A stretch of DNA of 64,000 nt from Vicugna vicugna (taxonomy: Eukaryota). The DNA lies in assembly GCA_013265495.1 (NCBI GenBank), contig MU057796.1, forward strand, positions 558,001 to 622,000, written 5' to 3'. The notes under the pieces are model-generated. The model ran no database searches, was not told the origin of the DNA, and worked only from the letters and a program-made list of their open reading frames with translations. The translations under genes and the position numbers were made by a program. Numbering within the stretch: the first letter of the stretch is position 1; every line of letters starts with the position of its first letter. Positions 12,461-24,214 of the stretch are shown here, one piece after another.

Positions 12461-13575
12461 GGGGGCCAAGATGGCGGAGTAGGAGGACTCTGGCAGCTCA
12501 CCCTCTCCCACAAATACACCAAAATTCACATCCACGGACCCACTCAGCCAACCAGAGCACCTGCCGAACTCCAACAGAACATCGCCCTTGTCAAAAGACA
12601 AAGATGCCAAAAATCTGGGAAGAGAAAACGAAAAAAAAAAGAAGAAAAGGCAAAACAGTGCTGGACCAGTCCTTCAGAGAGGGAAAAGCAAAAGGAGGAG
12701 TACTGCTTATTTGCTGGGTCTCCGTCTCTCCAAAGGAGAGGCCAGCAGGACAGAGGGGGAGTATCAGAGGCTCAGATCTGACAGAGCACCCCTTGACTGA
12801 CAGAACTAAATTAAATGGGCACAAAGTGTCCCTGCGACACCCAGCCCCAGACGCGAGCTGGCAGTGGGGGATGGGCAGGCTGCCCAAGCTGGGCGGAGGA
12901 CTGGGGTGGCTGCACTGAAGCAGCCCCAGGGGACTGCAGGGTGATGTGCACCATGGTTGAGTGGGTGCACAGGGCAGAACAACCTGGGCAGACTGGATAA
13001 TAAAGCAAGAACTTTCAATATGCTGCATACAAGAGACCCACTTTAGGGAGAAGAACACGTATAGATTGAGAGTGAAAGGATGGAAAAGGATATTCCATGC
13101 AAATGGAAAAGCCAAAAAGCAGGTGTAGCAGTACTTATTTCAGATAAAATAGACTTTAAAACAAAGGCTATAAGGAAAGATAAAGAAGGACATTTTATAA
13201 TGATTAAAGGAGTAATACAAGATGAGGATGTAGTCACTCATTAATATATATGCACCCAATATAGGAGCAACTAAGTACATAAAACAATTACTAACAGAGA
13301 TAAAGGGGGATATTGATGGGAATATAATCATTGTCAGAGACTTTAACACCACATTAACATCACTAGACAGATCTTCCAGACAGAAAATAAATAAGGCAAC
13401 AGAGAAATTAAATGATACAATAAAAAAAATTAGATTTGGTTGATATTTTCAGAGCATTACCCCCCACCTACCCTCAAAATAGGATATACATTCTTTTCAA
13501 GTGCACATGGAACATTATCTAGGATTGATCATGTACTTGGGCACAAAAGAAGCCTCAACAACTTTAAGAAGATAG
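12461..13575 (+). mobile_element. Young LINE-1 5'UTR joined directly to the ORF2 endonuclease domain; ORF1 and 3' part absent
   Basis: Starts gggggccaagatggcggag. From ~12990 encodes ADWIIKQELSICCIQETHF..GWKRIFHANG..NIYAPNIGA..DFNT..YTFFSSAHGTLSRIDH, with frameshifts. Confidence 0.9.
12467..12477 (+). promoter_or_regulatory. YY1-type site at the start of the L1 internal promoter
   Basis: caagatggcgg at the 5' tip of the L1 5'UTR, the established position of the L1 YY1 site. Confidence 0.7.
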
Positions 13576-14009
13576 TGTTTATTTCCTAAGCCAGAGCCTA
13601 CAGGAGAATGCAGATGAACATTAGAGTAGTCTTTAGGGCCAGCAAGACTTGAGCTGGAATTAAATCAAAGGCCAACTGAAAGTATAGACCTTAGGCTGCT
13701 AGTTACAGACTTCAGTCAAGACTTCAGTAGCTGATGTCAGAAGAGCAGTCACCACAAGGCAACCAAGGGCCACTGCAGAAGAAGCCAGAGGTGAGCAACA
13801 GCAGCCCAAGATCACAGTGCTTGGACCCCAAGTCCCTCTCCAGCATGAAGGCCTGTGTGCCCCGTGGTCACCCAGGTGCCATCCTGGAAAAGAGAAAAGT
13901 GTAGGAAAACATTGGAAAGACTGAACATTTACCCAATACATTAAGATGCCTGAATGAAATGTGGTCTTATTTGCTTTTCCTCTCTCCTTTCTTCTTTCCT
14001 TGATTTCTT

Positions 14010-14280
14010 TTCTCCATCCTTTATTAAATAAACACTTCATTAATTCCTCCTATGTCTCCGAAACTTTAATAGGTGCTTAGAATGAAAAGGCAACAACTGT
14101 AGATCCTGCCTCCTGGCATTGACTGTCTAGGAGAGAAGAAAATCAAGCAAATAAATAATTACATTGCAGTGTAATGCAGAGTACAGACGTGAACAAGGTG
14201 TAGGTGAAGCAATTGGAGAAATTAGTTGCCTATGGAATAGAACATGGAATTTGAGTATGATTTTTGTGAGGCAAATAACA
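14010..14280 (-). mobile_element. LINE-2 3' end
   Basis: aataaacacttcattaattcctcctatgtc..atcctgcctcctggcattgactgtctaggagag resembles the L2 3' terminus. Confidence 0.6.
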
Positions 14281-14284
14281 GGAT

Positions 14285-16225
14285 TTTCAGACAACATTAT
14301 AGTTTATGTAGAAAATCCTAAAGGAGTGACTTTGGAAAGGTCACAGAATGCAAAGATAATATATTAATGTCAAGAAATGCATACTTGGAATTTGGAATTT
14401 GAAAAACAATCTCATTTACAATAACACCCAAAACAACGAAGTGTTTAACCAAATATGTGCAGCATTCATACGCTGAAAACTATAGAACACTAAGGAAAGA
14501 AATCAAAGATGTATACAAATAGGGAAATATCACATGCTCATGGATTCAAAGAGTCAGCATTGATGAGATGTTGATTCTCCTCAATTTTATCTGTAGATTC
14601 AACTCTGACAAAAGTGCAAAGGAAGCTCAATGGAGAAAGGACAATCCTTTGAACATATGGTGCTGGAGCAGTTAGAGGAGATCCATAGGCAGAAAAATAA
14701 ACCTTGACACAAATCTCACACGGTATGCAAATATTAACTCAAAATTGATCACAATAAATATACAATATAAAACTTTAAAACTTCTAGAAGAAAGCATGGG
14801 ATCAAGTCTACATGACCTTGGGTTTGGTGATGAGTTTTCAGACACTGCTCCCAAATTACAAGCCATGAAAAAATTAGTAAATTGAACTGTATCAACATTT
14901 AAAACCACCGTTTCATGAAAGACGCTATTGACAGAATGAAAAGTCACAAACAGGAGAAAATATATTCAAATCATATAACCTTTAATGGACTTGCATCCAG
15001 AAATATGTAAAGAACTCTTAAAACTTAGCAGTAAGCAAACAACCAACTAGTAAATAAAGGGCAAAAGGTCTGAACAGACACTTCACCAAGGAAGATAGAT
15101 TCATGGCAAAGAAACAAATGAAAAGCTGCTCAACATCATTAATCTTTGGATAAATATAAATGAATTCCGTGAGGTACTACTGTATACCTATTGAAATGGC
15201 TAAATTTTTTAATACATAGTGAATAACATGCTGTTTTGAAATATGTGAATATAATGAAATGATTACTGTAGTCAAGCTAATTATCACATCCATCTCCTTA
15301 CCTAGTTACCATATTTTGTGTGTGGTGAAAGCACCTGAAATCTACTAAGTAGATTTCTAGTATATAATACGGCATTAATTATAGTATTTTGCTGTACATT
15401 AAATCTCTAGACTTACTCATCCTACATAAATTCGCTTTGCATTCTTTGACCACCACTTCCCAATTTCCAACCCCACCCCACCCTGGTAATCACCATTCTA
15501 CTCTCTGCGTCTATGTATTTAACTTTCTTAGATTCCAAATATAAGTGAGACTGTGCAATATTTGTGTTTCTCTGTCTGGCTTATTTCACTTAGTATAATG
15601 CCCTCGAGGTTTATACATGTTTTCACAAATAGTAGGATCTCTTTCTTTTTAAGACTGGATAACATTTCATTGTGTGTGTGTGTCTGTGTTTATGTGCCAC
15701 AATTTCACTTCCTAGAATGGCTAGTTTAAAAAAAATAAATTGACAATATCAAATGCTAATGAGAATACAGAGCAATAACATTTGTATTCATCACTGTTAG
15801 AATGCAAAATGATACAGTCACTTTGAAAGACATTTTGGCTGTTTCTCACAAAAGTTAAATATATATTTACCACAAGACCTAGCAATCCTACTTCTACGTA
15901 TTTGCCTAAGTGAAATGAAAACAAACGTTCTCACAAAAACCTAGGTATAAATTTTTACAGCAGTGTAATTCATAATTGCAAAAAACAGGAAACAACCAAG
16001 ATACCTTTAATAAGAGAATGGAAAACAAAATGCAGTGCGTTCATGTTCATAGAATGAAACATGACTGGACAATAAAAAGGAAAACACTTCTGTTTCATGC
16101 AACAACAAGGATGAATCACAAGTGCATTTTTCTAAGTGGAATATTTAGGCTCCATAGGAAACATATTGTATGATTCCATTGATATGACATTCTGGAAATG
16201 ACAAAACTGTAAGGCAAGAAAATAT
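14285..16225 (+). mobile_element. Old LINE-1 (L1MB/MC/ME-like) ORF2 3' half and 3'UTR, interrupted by a nested L1
   Basis: DNIIVYVENPK motif; ctgaacagacacttcaccaaggaagatag; 3'UTR tatgattccattgatatgacattctggaaatgacaaaact. Confidence 0.8.
15205..15712 (-). mobile_element. L1MA-type 3' end nested in an older L1
   Basis: Antisense L1MA 3'UTR (gtcaagctaattatcacatccatc..ttagattccaaatataagtgaga); flanked by duplicated aatggcta (15195-15202 / 15716-15723), a probable TSD. Confidence 0.85.
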
Positions 16226-16289
16226 TTATTACAGCTTCATTTTATGCTGATGTGTTGGCCTACCGTATATACTCTCTCAACCTAGAGAA

Positions 16290-16460
16290 CTTGGATCCTG
16301 CGTAGGACAGATCTGGGAGCTTAGTGCCGATGGAATTTGAGCCCCTGCTCTGACTTAGTCCCTTAAAGACACTCTAGGCTACTGCAGTCCTCTTGGTTGG
16401 TGTATACCTTTGAGGCAATACTCCTTAACTAGCCTCACTTTCCTTATTATTAAAACCTCC
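16290..16460 (+). mobile_element. MIR SINE fragment
   Basis: gaatttgagcccctgctctgactt..accttt gaggcaatactccttaactagcctcacttt cc. Confidence 0.5.
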
Positions 16461-17513
16461 TAGTCTAAGAAAGACACAAAACCAAGTTTTATGGTGTTTT
16501 TTTTTCTTATAAAGGCCAGCATCTGGCCTTTTCAGTATTGCCACAATCATTTTCCTTCTTTTAGAGAAGAATACATTCTTCATAGGAATAGCACAAGCAG
16601 TAGACCTGTAAAATCTCAGACAGGAGGAAAAATATTTAAGAAAAGACTAAGTGCCAACTAATAAAACATAAAACACTTGCACCATAAAAAACTTGGAAAA
16701 TATCATTAGTGTGGTAAATTATTGGAAGAATAATTATCCCCAAGATGTTCAGGTACTCGCTACATCTTGCTTGCAAAGGACTGACATAATGTGATAAGCA
16801 GATAAAACTGTCAGCCCTCAAATGTTTGGAGGGATAAAGGTTTGAGCAAGAGATTAAACTTGCTGTACAAACAAGTTCAATGTCAGTGCAATGAAAATTG
16901 GACATTGCGGGTGTTTGGGTGTGTATGTGTGAAATGAGCATTTGAATGCACAGCACAGGCGACCTTGGATTGCTTTATTGGGAGGAGAAGAAGATTAAAA
17001 TTTTCCTCTCAGATACTGCCATTAGTTACCTTTTCAAAGTGGAAAAGGCCCAGTGACTATATGTGGCATATTGGAGAGATGCTCTGATCAGAGTAATACC
17101 ATTTGGATGTAGAGATTTCTCAACAGTTTGGGGGAAAGTTGAAACATGCTGAGACTAGGTCATCAGGGGACTCATTAGATCTTCCATTTTAAAGACAGTC
17201 TTGACAGGAAATTATGCTCTCTGGGACCACTGCCATGCAAAGGCCCATGCCCCAACTTAGGGCATGAGGAGGTAAAGCTTCTGGGCTGATTTGGTGGCAC
17301 TTATGACAGAATCTTATTTAAATGTAATTGTATTGGAAGGTCCTTTGTGGGGAACAGAAAGCTAAATTTTTAGGACAGTCAGGTCTTGATCCTGGTTTTT
17401 TCTTATTTCTAAATCATTTCCTAACTGTAAATTAGGGAAGCAATTCTTCTGACTTCTGCTTTAGTACAAGTCAACTGTTCATTCTTTTCTACTGAACTAA
17501 AAGGATTCATATA

Positions 17514-17732
17514 CAGTTGACCCCTGAACAATATAGGGGTTGGGGCAGCAGCCCTCTACATAGTTGAAAATCTCCGTATAACCTTACAGTGTGCACTCCA
17601 TGTATATAGTTCTGCACCTGCAGATTAAACCAACTGCAGATCATGTAGTTCTACAGCACCTATTTATTGAAAAAAATCTGTGTTTTAAGTGGACTTGTGC
17701 AATTCAAATCGATGTTGTTTGATGGCTGAATG
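17514..17732. mobile_element. MER8-like TcMar-Tigger non-autonomous DNA transposon
   Basis: TIRs cagttgacccctgaacaa ... ttgtttgatggctgaatg; TA on both sides; internal aagtggacttgtgcaattcaaa motif; ~220 bp. Confidence 0.85.
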
Positions 17733-18099
17733 TATCACTAGGAAAAACAATGTTCGTTTTCTAAAGATATATGTCCATGGGTCAAGTGTTTCTGAAATCT
17801 GTGTCTTCACTTGGCTCATGGGTACTTCTCCCCTCCATGATGCTAGCTGGCACTACAATTGGGCGGGTCCTAAAGAAGTTTTACAGAACCAAATTGCATT
17901 GTGTGGCTGTTCAGTAATGGTGGCTTGTGTGCTATTGTTTCATAAGCAAAGATGGTTCATTTTGTCATTATGCCTATCCTCCTTGTTGGATTCTTTTAGG
18001 AATCTTCTAATACACGTTAATATTTATGTTAGGCCTTATGTTTGTTACAACACTTCCATGTATATTTTTCCTTTGGACTCTATTTATCATTGGGAAGTT

Positions 18100-18240
18100 T
18101 GATGACAATTTCATGGTAGCTGAGGAAACCAGGGCTTGCAGAAATAATCTGCCCAAGATCACTTGGTCACTAACAATAGGGCTAGGATTCAATCTCAGGG
18201 TAACTGATTCCAGAGTCCAAGCTGTCTCCAGTGTGCCACA
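18100..18240 (-). mobile_element. MIR SINE
   Basis: tgaggaaaccagggct..ctgcccaagatcac..ggattcaatctcagg..ctgattccagagtccaagct. Confidence 0.8.
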
Positions 18241-18349
18241 ATGGAAGATGATACTGTGTAAGGGTAGATGTGACATAAGGTCTAAGCCATCTTGTTCCCC
18301 AAATAGTTAATTACCAGTAGTCTCACTGGTATGTGAAGTCCCACTTGGT

Positions 18350-18560
18350 AATGTCAGAATGGAGCAAGGTGAGCTGGTTGAAGGAAAAGTGATAAATTCT
18401 ACTTTGGACATGTGGTCTATTTAAGAGGAGATGGTCTGTTGACATTGGATGTACAGGTCTAGAGAGCCAGAGAGAAATCCAGCCTGCTGATAGAGATTTT
18501 AGAAACCTTAGTTACAGAAGGCAATCAAAGGTACCGGAATGAAAGAGACCTCTCTGAACA
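18350..18560 (-). mobile_element. LINE-2 fragment
   Basis: taaattctactttggacatgt..gacattggatgtacaggtctagagagccagagagaaatccagcctg. Confidence 0.6.
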
Positions 18561-21500
18561 AGGATATTGCTGTAACTTGAATTATGGCATGAATGGTGTT
18601 CAGGTGAAAATCAGTTCCACTTACACTTAGCCTGTAGCTTTATATCTATTACTATATCAGAGAAAAAACAAAAGAAGGAATGCTGTATTTTAGAAGTACT
18701 ATCCAGTGAACAACAACAATTTTTTTTTTTGGTCTGCTACATATTACATAGTGATAAAACATGACATTTAGACTTAAGCACTTTAAATAGTCCCTTGGGC
18801 TATGTTCAGGGCACAGAGCAGCTGTATGTGTAATTAAATAAAGCTAATTTAAATAAATTAGATTAACCAGAAAAAAATCACTCAAAGTTTGCATTCATAA
18901 AAGTTTTTTATGTTGTGTAAGAAGTTGTCAATGCTATTTCTTCAAACTGCATTTTTTTGGGAAATAGTGGGCTCTGGGACAGTGCATACATTTTAAAGTA
19001 GTAAAATTGAATTTTTTTTTACAAATTTCATATTGAAAGTATAATTTTACTGATATTTTACACAGATGAGTTGCAAGAGAATGTTTACAATATAATTGTC
19101 ATTGAAGGCACCAAGAAAGACAGTGAAATAGAATAAAAATATGCTTTTTTGGGGTTTCTTTTTAACTTCATATATTTTAAGCACAACCAAGCATCTGGGA
19201 AATGATATTACTCTTCTTTTCAGTAGAAGCTGTGGTCTGAACACATTTTCACGTCAGTATTTATGTGAGAATCTATATTCAAGAAATTGGTCAGTTGTTA
19301 TATTTGTTCCTGGATTTGAAAAGGGAGATGTTGCTTTAGCAAAGCTAAAATTTTTTAGAATACAAATGAGCATATAACTAGTTTTAATGTTCCTGACTGT
19401 AAGACCATTATAATGTAATCATTGTGGGCTATGAAATTGTTTTCATCAAAAAGCTATAAGGATGGTTTCTGGGAACCAAGGTGAATTAAGGTTTGACCTT
19501 TAAAATTTTTTTTCCTTTCTCAGCACTGTCTCTCATAGATACTTGTTTTCAGGTTTCAGGAATGAAGTGCATTGATCCTGTTTTTAGAGATCAGTCATAG
19601 GGGTAAACAGAAGGCTCTGTGATTTATGACCAAACTTGCTTATAGTTCCTTAGAGAGGTTCAACATTCACAGATTGAGAACTGTTTGAGGAACCAGGGAT
19701 TCAAACATTGCAGGGAAACTGCTCTACTTAGTCCCTGTTTCAGAAATGACAATAACTGCAAGTTGAAATTTATTACAGCCCAACGTAAAGAAATCCAATA
19801 TCTAGTCAATCCATAATAAACAGATTTTTTTCTGGCCTTATGTGAGACTAATCACCTTGTTTTTCCTTATTTCTTTTTAAGATGGCCTTAGTGCAAGTGT
19901 TTAAAAAATGCACTAAGATCTGAAGATGAAGAGATAATTTTAAGCTATTTAACTTAATTCTGTTCTAGAACCAATGGCCAGGGGAAAACTTAAGCAACAG
20001 AAGAGCTTTAAGAAAAAACTTTCAACATAGTCAAATGAGGTATTGTCAGCTTTCAGAGTGATTTCATAGGAGCCATGTAAAAAGAAAATACTGTGTGCTA
20101 GCTACATCTTTATTAGTCATATTAAGTGTCATGGATATAAAATAAAGTAAATGTAATAATTACCCACAATGCACTAATCAAAATCTCTTTTTCCTCAATT
20201 CCAGTCATCCAAATTGAGCTTTATAAAAAAGTTCTTTATTTCAGAAAAGATGTATTATATTTACTGAAGACATATGCTGGTATGTTAGAAAGCTAGATGT
20301 TTCATTTGATTTAATATATATATATAGTGTGTATGTGTATATATATACACACACTATATATGTATGTTAAATAATGTTGTTTTCAAAAAGCTCAGAATTA
20401 TTAGGATAGTTTTTGCTTTCTTTTTTCACCAGAACATAAACACAGCAGTTATTTTGCTATTCTCTTCAAATTCTTCTCATTATGAATGTAAATCTGATTC
20501 CTTTTTTCCCTTAAAACAATCCCAACATTCTTCTAATTCTCATGTGAGTTAGAATTTGCCCCTGAAACTAGAAAGCAAGGAATACCTTTTTTTCCATGTC
20601 CCTTTGTGTTCAGAGCTAATTCTGTTTTCCCAGTGTTGTTTGGGGCAAGTGCTTTGGTTAAAATGCACTTATGGAACCAAACAGTGTACTATTGACTGCG
20701 AGAAATACAGACGTGATTTCACATTCCCAGTCTGAAAGCATCTGAGCCCATAGTTTATTGGACACTTTTAGCTTTGTGTTCATTCTTAGTTTGCACGTAA
20801 CCAAGCCTTATGCCTGCGATAGATCTCCCTGGGAGTTGGTTCTATACCTTTTATGGATACAACACTATATCTTTTGGGAGATTTAATGACAATTCCATTG
20901 ATTATCTACAAAATACCCATATGTCATGATGAACAGATCAATAAGCTTCAAAAATCAACGTTTCAAAGTTTTTTAAATGGTGTAGTCAATGCACCGATTC
21001 CAGCTATGATCATTTACATCTGAGATATGTGTGTTTCTTCCTCTTGAAATGCCAAGTATTTTTACAACCACATTTGTTCACTGGTCAACATACAAAAAAT
21101 TACATTTAATTTAGAAGCAAACTATTTTCTTTCTTAGAAAACAGCCCTTTTATGGCAAAAATTTTTGCTGTTTTTGTCATCCTGCAGTAAACACCAGATT
21201 ATACTTCAATTAGTGTGCCTCATCTAGTTAACTTACTTAAGTTCTGTCAAAACAATCGCTATGGTCTCAGTTTCAATCAAAACATAGTTTAACCAGCTTT
21301 GTATTAAGAAAAATAATATCACAGGAATTTCACTTCCAAGACTAGAAAGAAGAAATACATATCTCAACATCCTCGCCACAGGGCAAAACAATGAACAATT
21401 ATAGATAAAGTTTTTTAAATGCTTTTAATTAAGGAGCAGGCAAAAGGTAAGAAATTTTCAAGCCAAAGAAAAAAAATCTATGGAGTGGTTGGGACCTTCT

Positions 21501-22428
21501 CTGTAGCTGGCTTTTGCCTTGTGCTCCTGTGCCTGAGATAAATCAGTGCTTAAAATTTCCAGGATTCTACAGATCATAGGAAACAAAATGCAAGGACTAC
21601 CAAGAGCATTAAGTCTAACAGATCTTTCTCCTTAAAAGGTAGGACTCCATACAGGGTCATTTTGTAAGAGCAAACCAGAAGTAAACATATCCCCTGTAAG
21701 AGTTCTCACAGAGAATCAACTTACCTCAAGCTACCTGCTAAGAAGAAGATGGGAATAGTAACCACTGAACACTTACAACAAAAATATGGCCATTAGGAGA
21801 CCTAAGGCTGAAATTCACATGACACTAGGTGCTCAAGAAGTCTCTGGGCAAAATGTAATTTAAAGTGATCTTGGACAGTTTTGTCTCCAGCCACCTAGAA
21901 AAACCAAATGCAAATTATCTATAGGGAAATTTACCTTCATTCCCTGAAAAAAGTTACTGCTTACCCAGAACAAACTAGGGCATTTATGTAGGTTTTTTAT
22001 AGTTAGTGTTGATTCAGATTGGGTTAATATCCCTTTAGATTGCTTGATATTGATGCCACACCAATTGTTAAATATTTTAAATATCAATCTTTTTGGAACT
22101 AGAAACTGTTTTGATTTTATAGTGCCCATTTTCATAGCAGCTGCCAAATATTTTTAATTATAACTATCTCAGCCTAAGAGAATTCTCAAAAATAAAATCC
22201 CAAGGATATTGAGCTACTGGCAGTAAAAAATAAAATAAAATAAAGATAAAGAAAAAGAAAACACCTTCATAAAAGATAAATGGCAGAAACAAGAATCAGC
22301 AAGAAAAACCAGTAGATACTTTAAATTTTGTAGAATCAAACCCAGGTAATGAAAAAACAATGTAAATGTGCGCACAGAAAAATAATCTATAAAGAATGTC
22401 CAATCATAATTTGAGAAAGAAATTTCTT

Positions 22429-22490
22429 GTGCTTAGCATGCACAAGGTCCTGGGTTCAGTCCCCAGCACCTCCATTAAAAAAAAAAAAAG
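22429..22490 (+). mobile_element. 5'-truncated tRNA-derived camelid SINE (Vic-1-like) with poly-A
   Basis: gtgcttagcatgcacaaggtcctgggttcagtccccagcacctcca is the 3' half of a tRNA-Ala-like unit with a B-box (ggttcagtccc), followed by an A-tail. Confidence 0.8.
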
Positions 22491-22494
22491 AGTT

Positions 22495-24210
22495 ACTACA
22501 AATGTCCATTGCTACCAAAAGCATTCTATAGATTCAATGCAGTCCCCATCAAAATTTCAGTGTTATTTTTCACAGGAGAAGAAACAGTCCTAAAATTTGT
22601 ATGGACCACAAAAGATCCTAAAAAATTAAAGCAATCTTAAGAAAGAATAACAAAGCTGGAGGCATCATGTACCCTGATTTCAAACTATATTACAAAGCTA
22701 TAGTAATCAAAACAGTATGATGTTGGCATAAAAACAGACACACAGGTCAGTGGAACAAAACAGAAAACTGAAAAATAAACCCATGCATTTATGGTCAATT
22801 ATCTTACAACAAAGAAACCAGGAACATACAATGGGGAAAGAACAGACTCCACTAAACAGTGCTGGGAAAACTAGACATCATATGAAAAAGAATGAAACTA
22901 GACCACCATCTTAAACTATACACAAAAATTATACTCATACACTCAAAATTAATTAAAGACTCGAATGTAAGACCTGAACAATAAAACGTTTAGAAGAAAA
23001 CATGGCAAGCTCCTTCACATGTGTCTTGAAGATATTTTTTTAATTTGACACCAAAAGCAAGGTTAACAAAAGCGAAAATCAACTTGTGGAACTACATTAA
23101 ACTAAAAAGCTTGGGCACAGCAAGAGTTCATTGTAAAGGAAACCGTAAACAAAATGAAAAGGCAATCTACAGAATGTAACAAAGTATCTGTAAATTATGA
23201 ATCTGATAAGGGATTGGTTAATATATAAAATACAAGAAGAACTCATACAACTTAACAGCAAGAAAACAATCAAATTGAAAAAATGAACAAAGGATCTGAA
23301 TAAACATTTTTCTAAAGAAGATATTCAGATAAACAACAGGTACATCAAGAGGTGCTCAACAGCAGTAATCACCAGGGAAATGCCAATCAAAATCACAGTG
23401 AGTTATCACCTGTTAGAATGGCTGTTGCTGGAAGATAATAAAAGACTAGTGCTGGCGAGAATGTGGAGAAAAGGGAACCCTCACGCACTGTTGAATACAC
23501 TGTTGAATGTGAGAATGTAAATTGGTGGAGTCACTATGGAAAACAGTGTCGAAGTTCCTCAGCAAATTAAAAACAGAGCTACCATTATGACCCAGCAATT
23601 CCACTTGTGGGTATTTATCCAAATGAAATGAAATCCCTATCTTGAAAACATATGTGCACTCTCACGTTTATTGCAGTATTATTTACATTGGCTAAGATAT
23701 GGGAACAACCTAAGTGTCCATGAATGAAGAAAGATACACACACACACACACTCACAGTGGAATATCATTCAGCCACAAAGAAGGAGGAAACCCTGCCATC
23801 TGTGACAACAGGGATAAAACTTGAGGGCATTATACTAAGTGACAGAAAGACATGTATCATAAATACAGAGAACAGTTTGATGGTGGCCATAGGCAGGGGT
23901 TGGGGGTTGGCAAAATGAGTAAAGATGGTCAAGAGGTATAAACTTCCAGTCACAAAATACATGTCCCGATGATGTAATCTATAGCATGGGCTATACTCAA
24001 TATTACTGTATTGTATGATGGAACGTTGCTAAGAGAGCTCTCAGCACAAGAAAAAATTTTGTAATTTTTTATTTTGTATTTTGCATGGTAATGGATATTA
24101 GCTAGATTTAGCTATTGTGGTTATCATTTCACAGTATACACATATATAGAGTCAGTATATTGTACATCCGAAACTAGTTTAATGTTATATGTAATATCTC
24201 AATAAGAATG
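22495..24210 (+). mobile_element. 5'-truncated LINE-1 (L1MA9-like) ORF2 3' part and 3'UTR
   Basis: aaagctggaggcatc..cctgatttcaaactatattacaaagctatagtaatcaaaacag; atgacccagcaattccactt; 3' end tatctcaataa. Confidence 0.9.
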
Positions 24211-24214
24211 TTTT

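Noticed and set aside
12436..13115. Longest ORFs in the track (160 aa plus, 174 aa minus)
   Set aside because: They lie in the GC-richer L1 5'UTR and antisense EN. No protein similarity recognised.
13700..13925. GC-richer stretch open on both strands downstream of the L1 EN fragment
   Set aside because: No recognisable homology or start/splice support; may be a decayed repeat.
23486..23510. 12-bp direct duplication cactgttgaat(a)
   Set aside because: Ordinary slippage duplication inside an old L1.
22429..24210. SINE-L1 chimeric retrotranscript or tRNA gene
   Set aside because: The tRNA part lacks its 5' half and A-box and has its own A-tail. The adjacent L1 is an older, more decayed family, so co-integration is unlikely.
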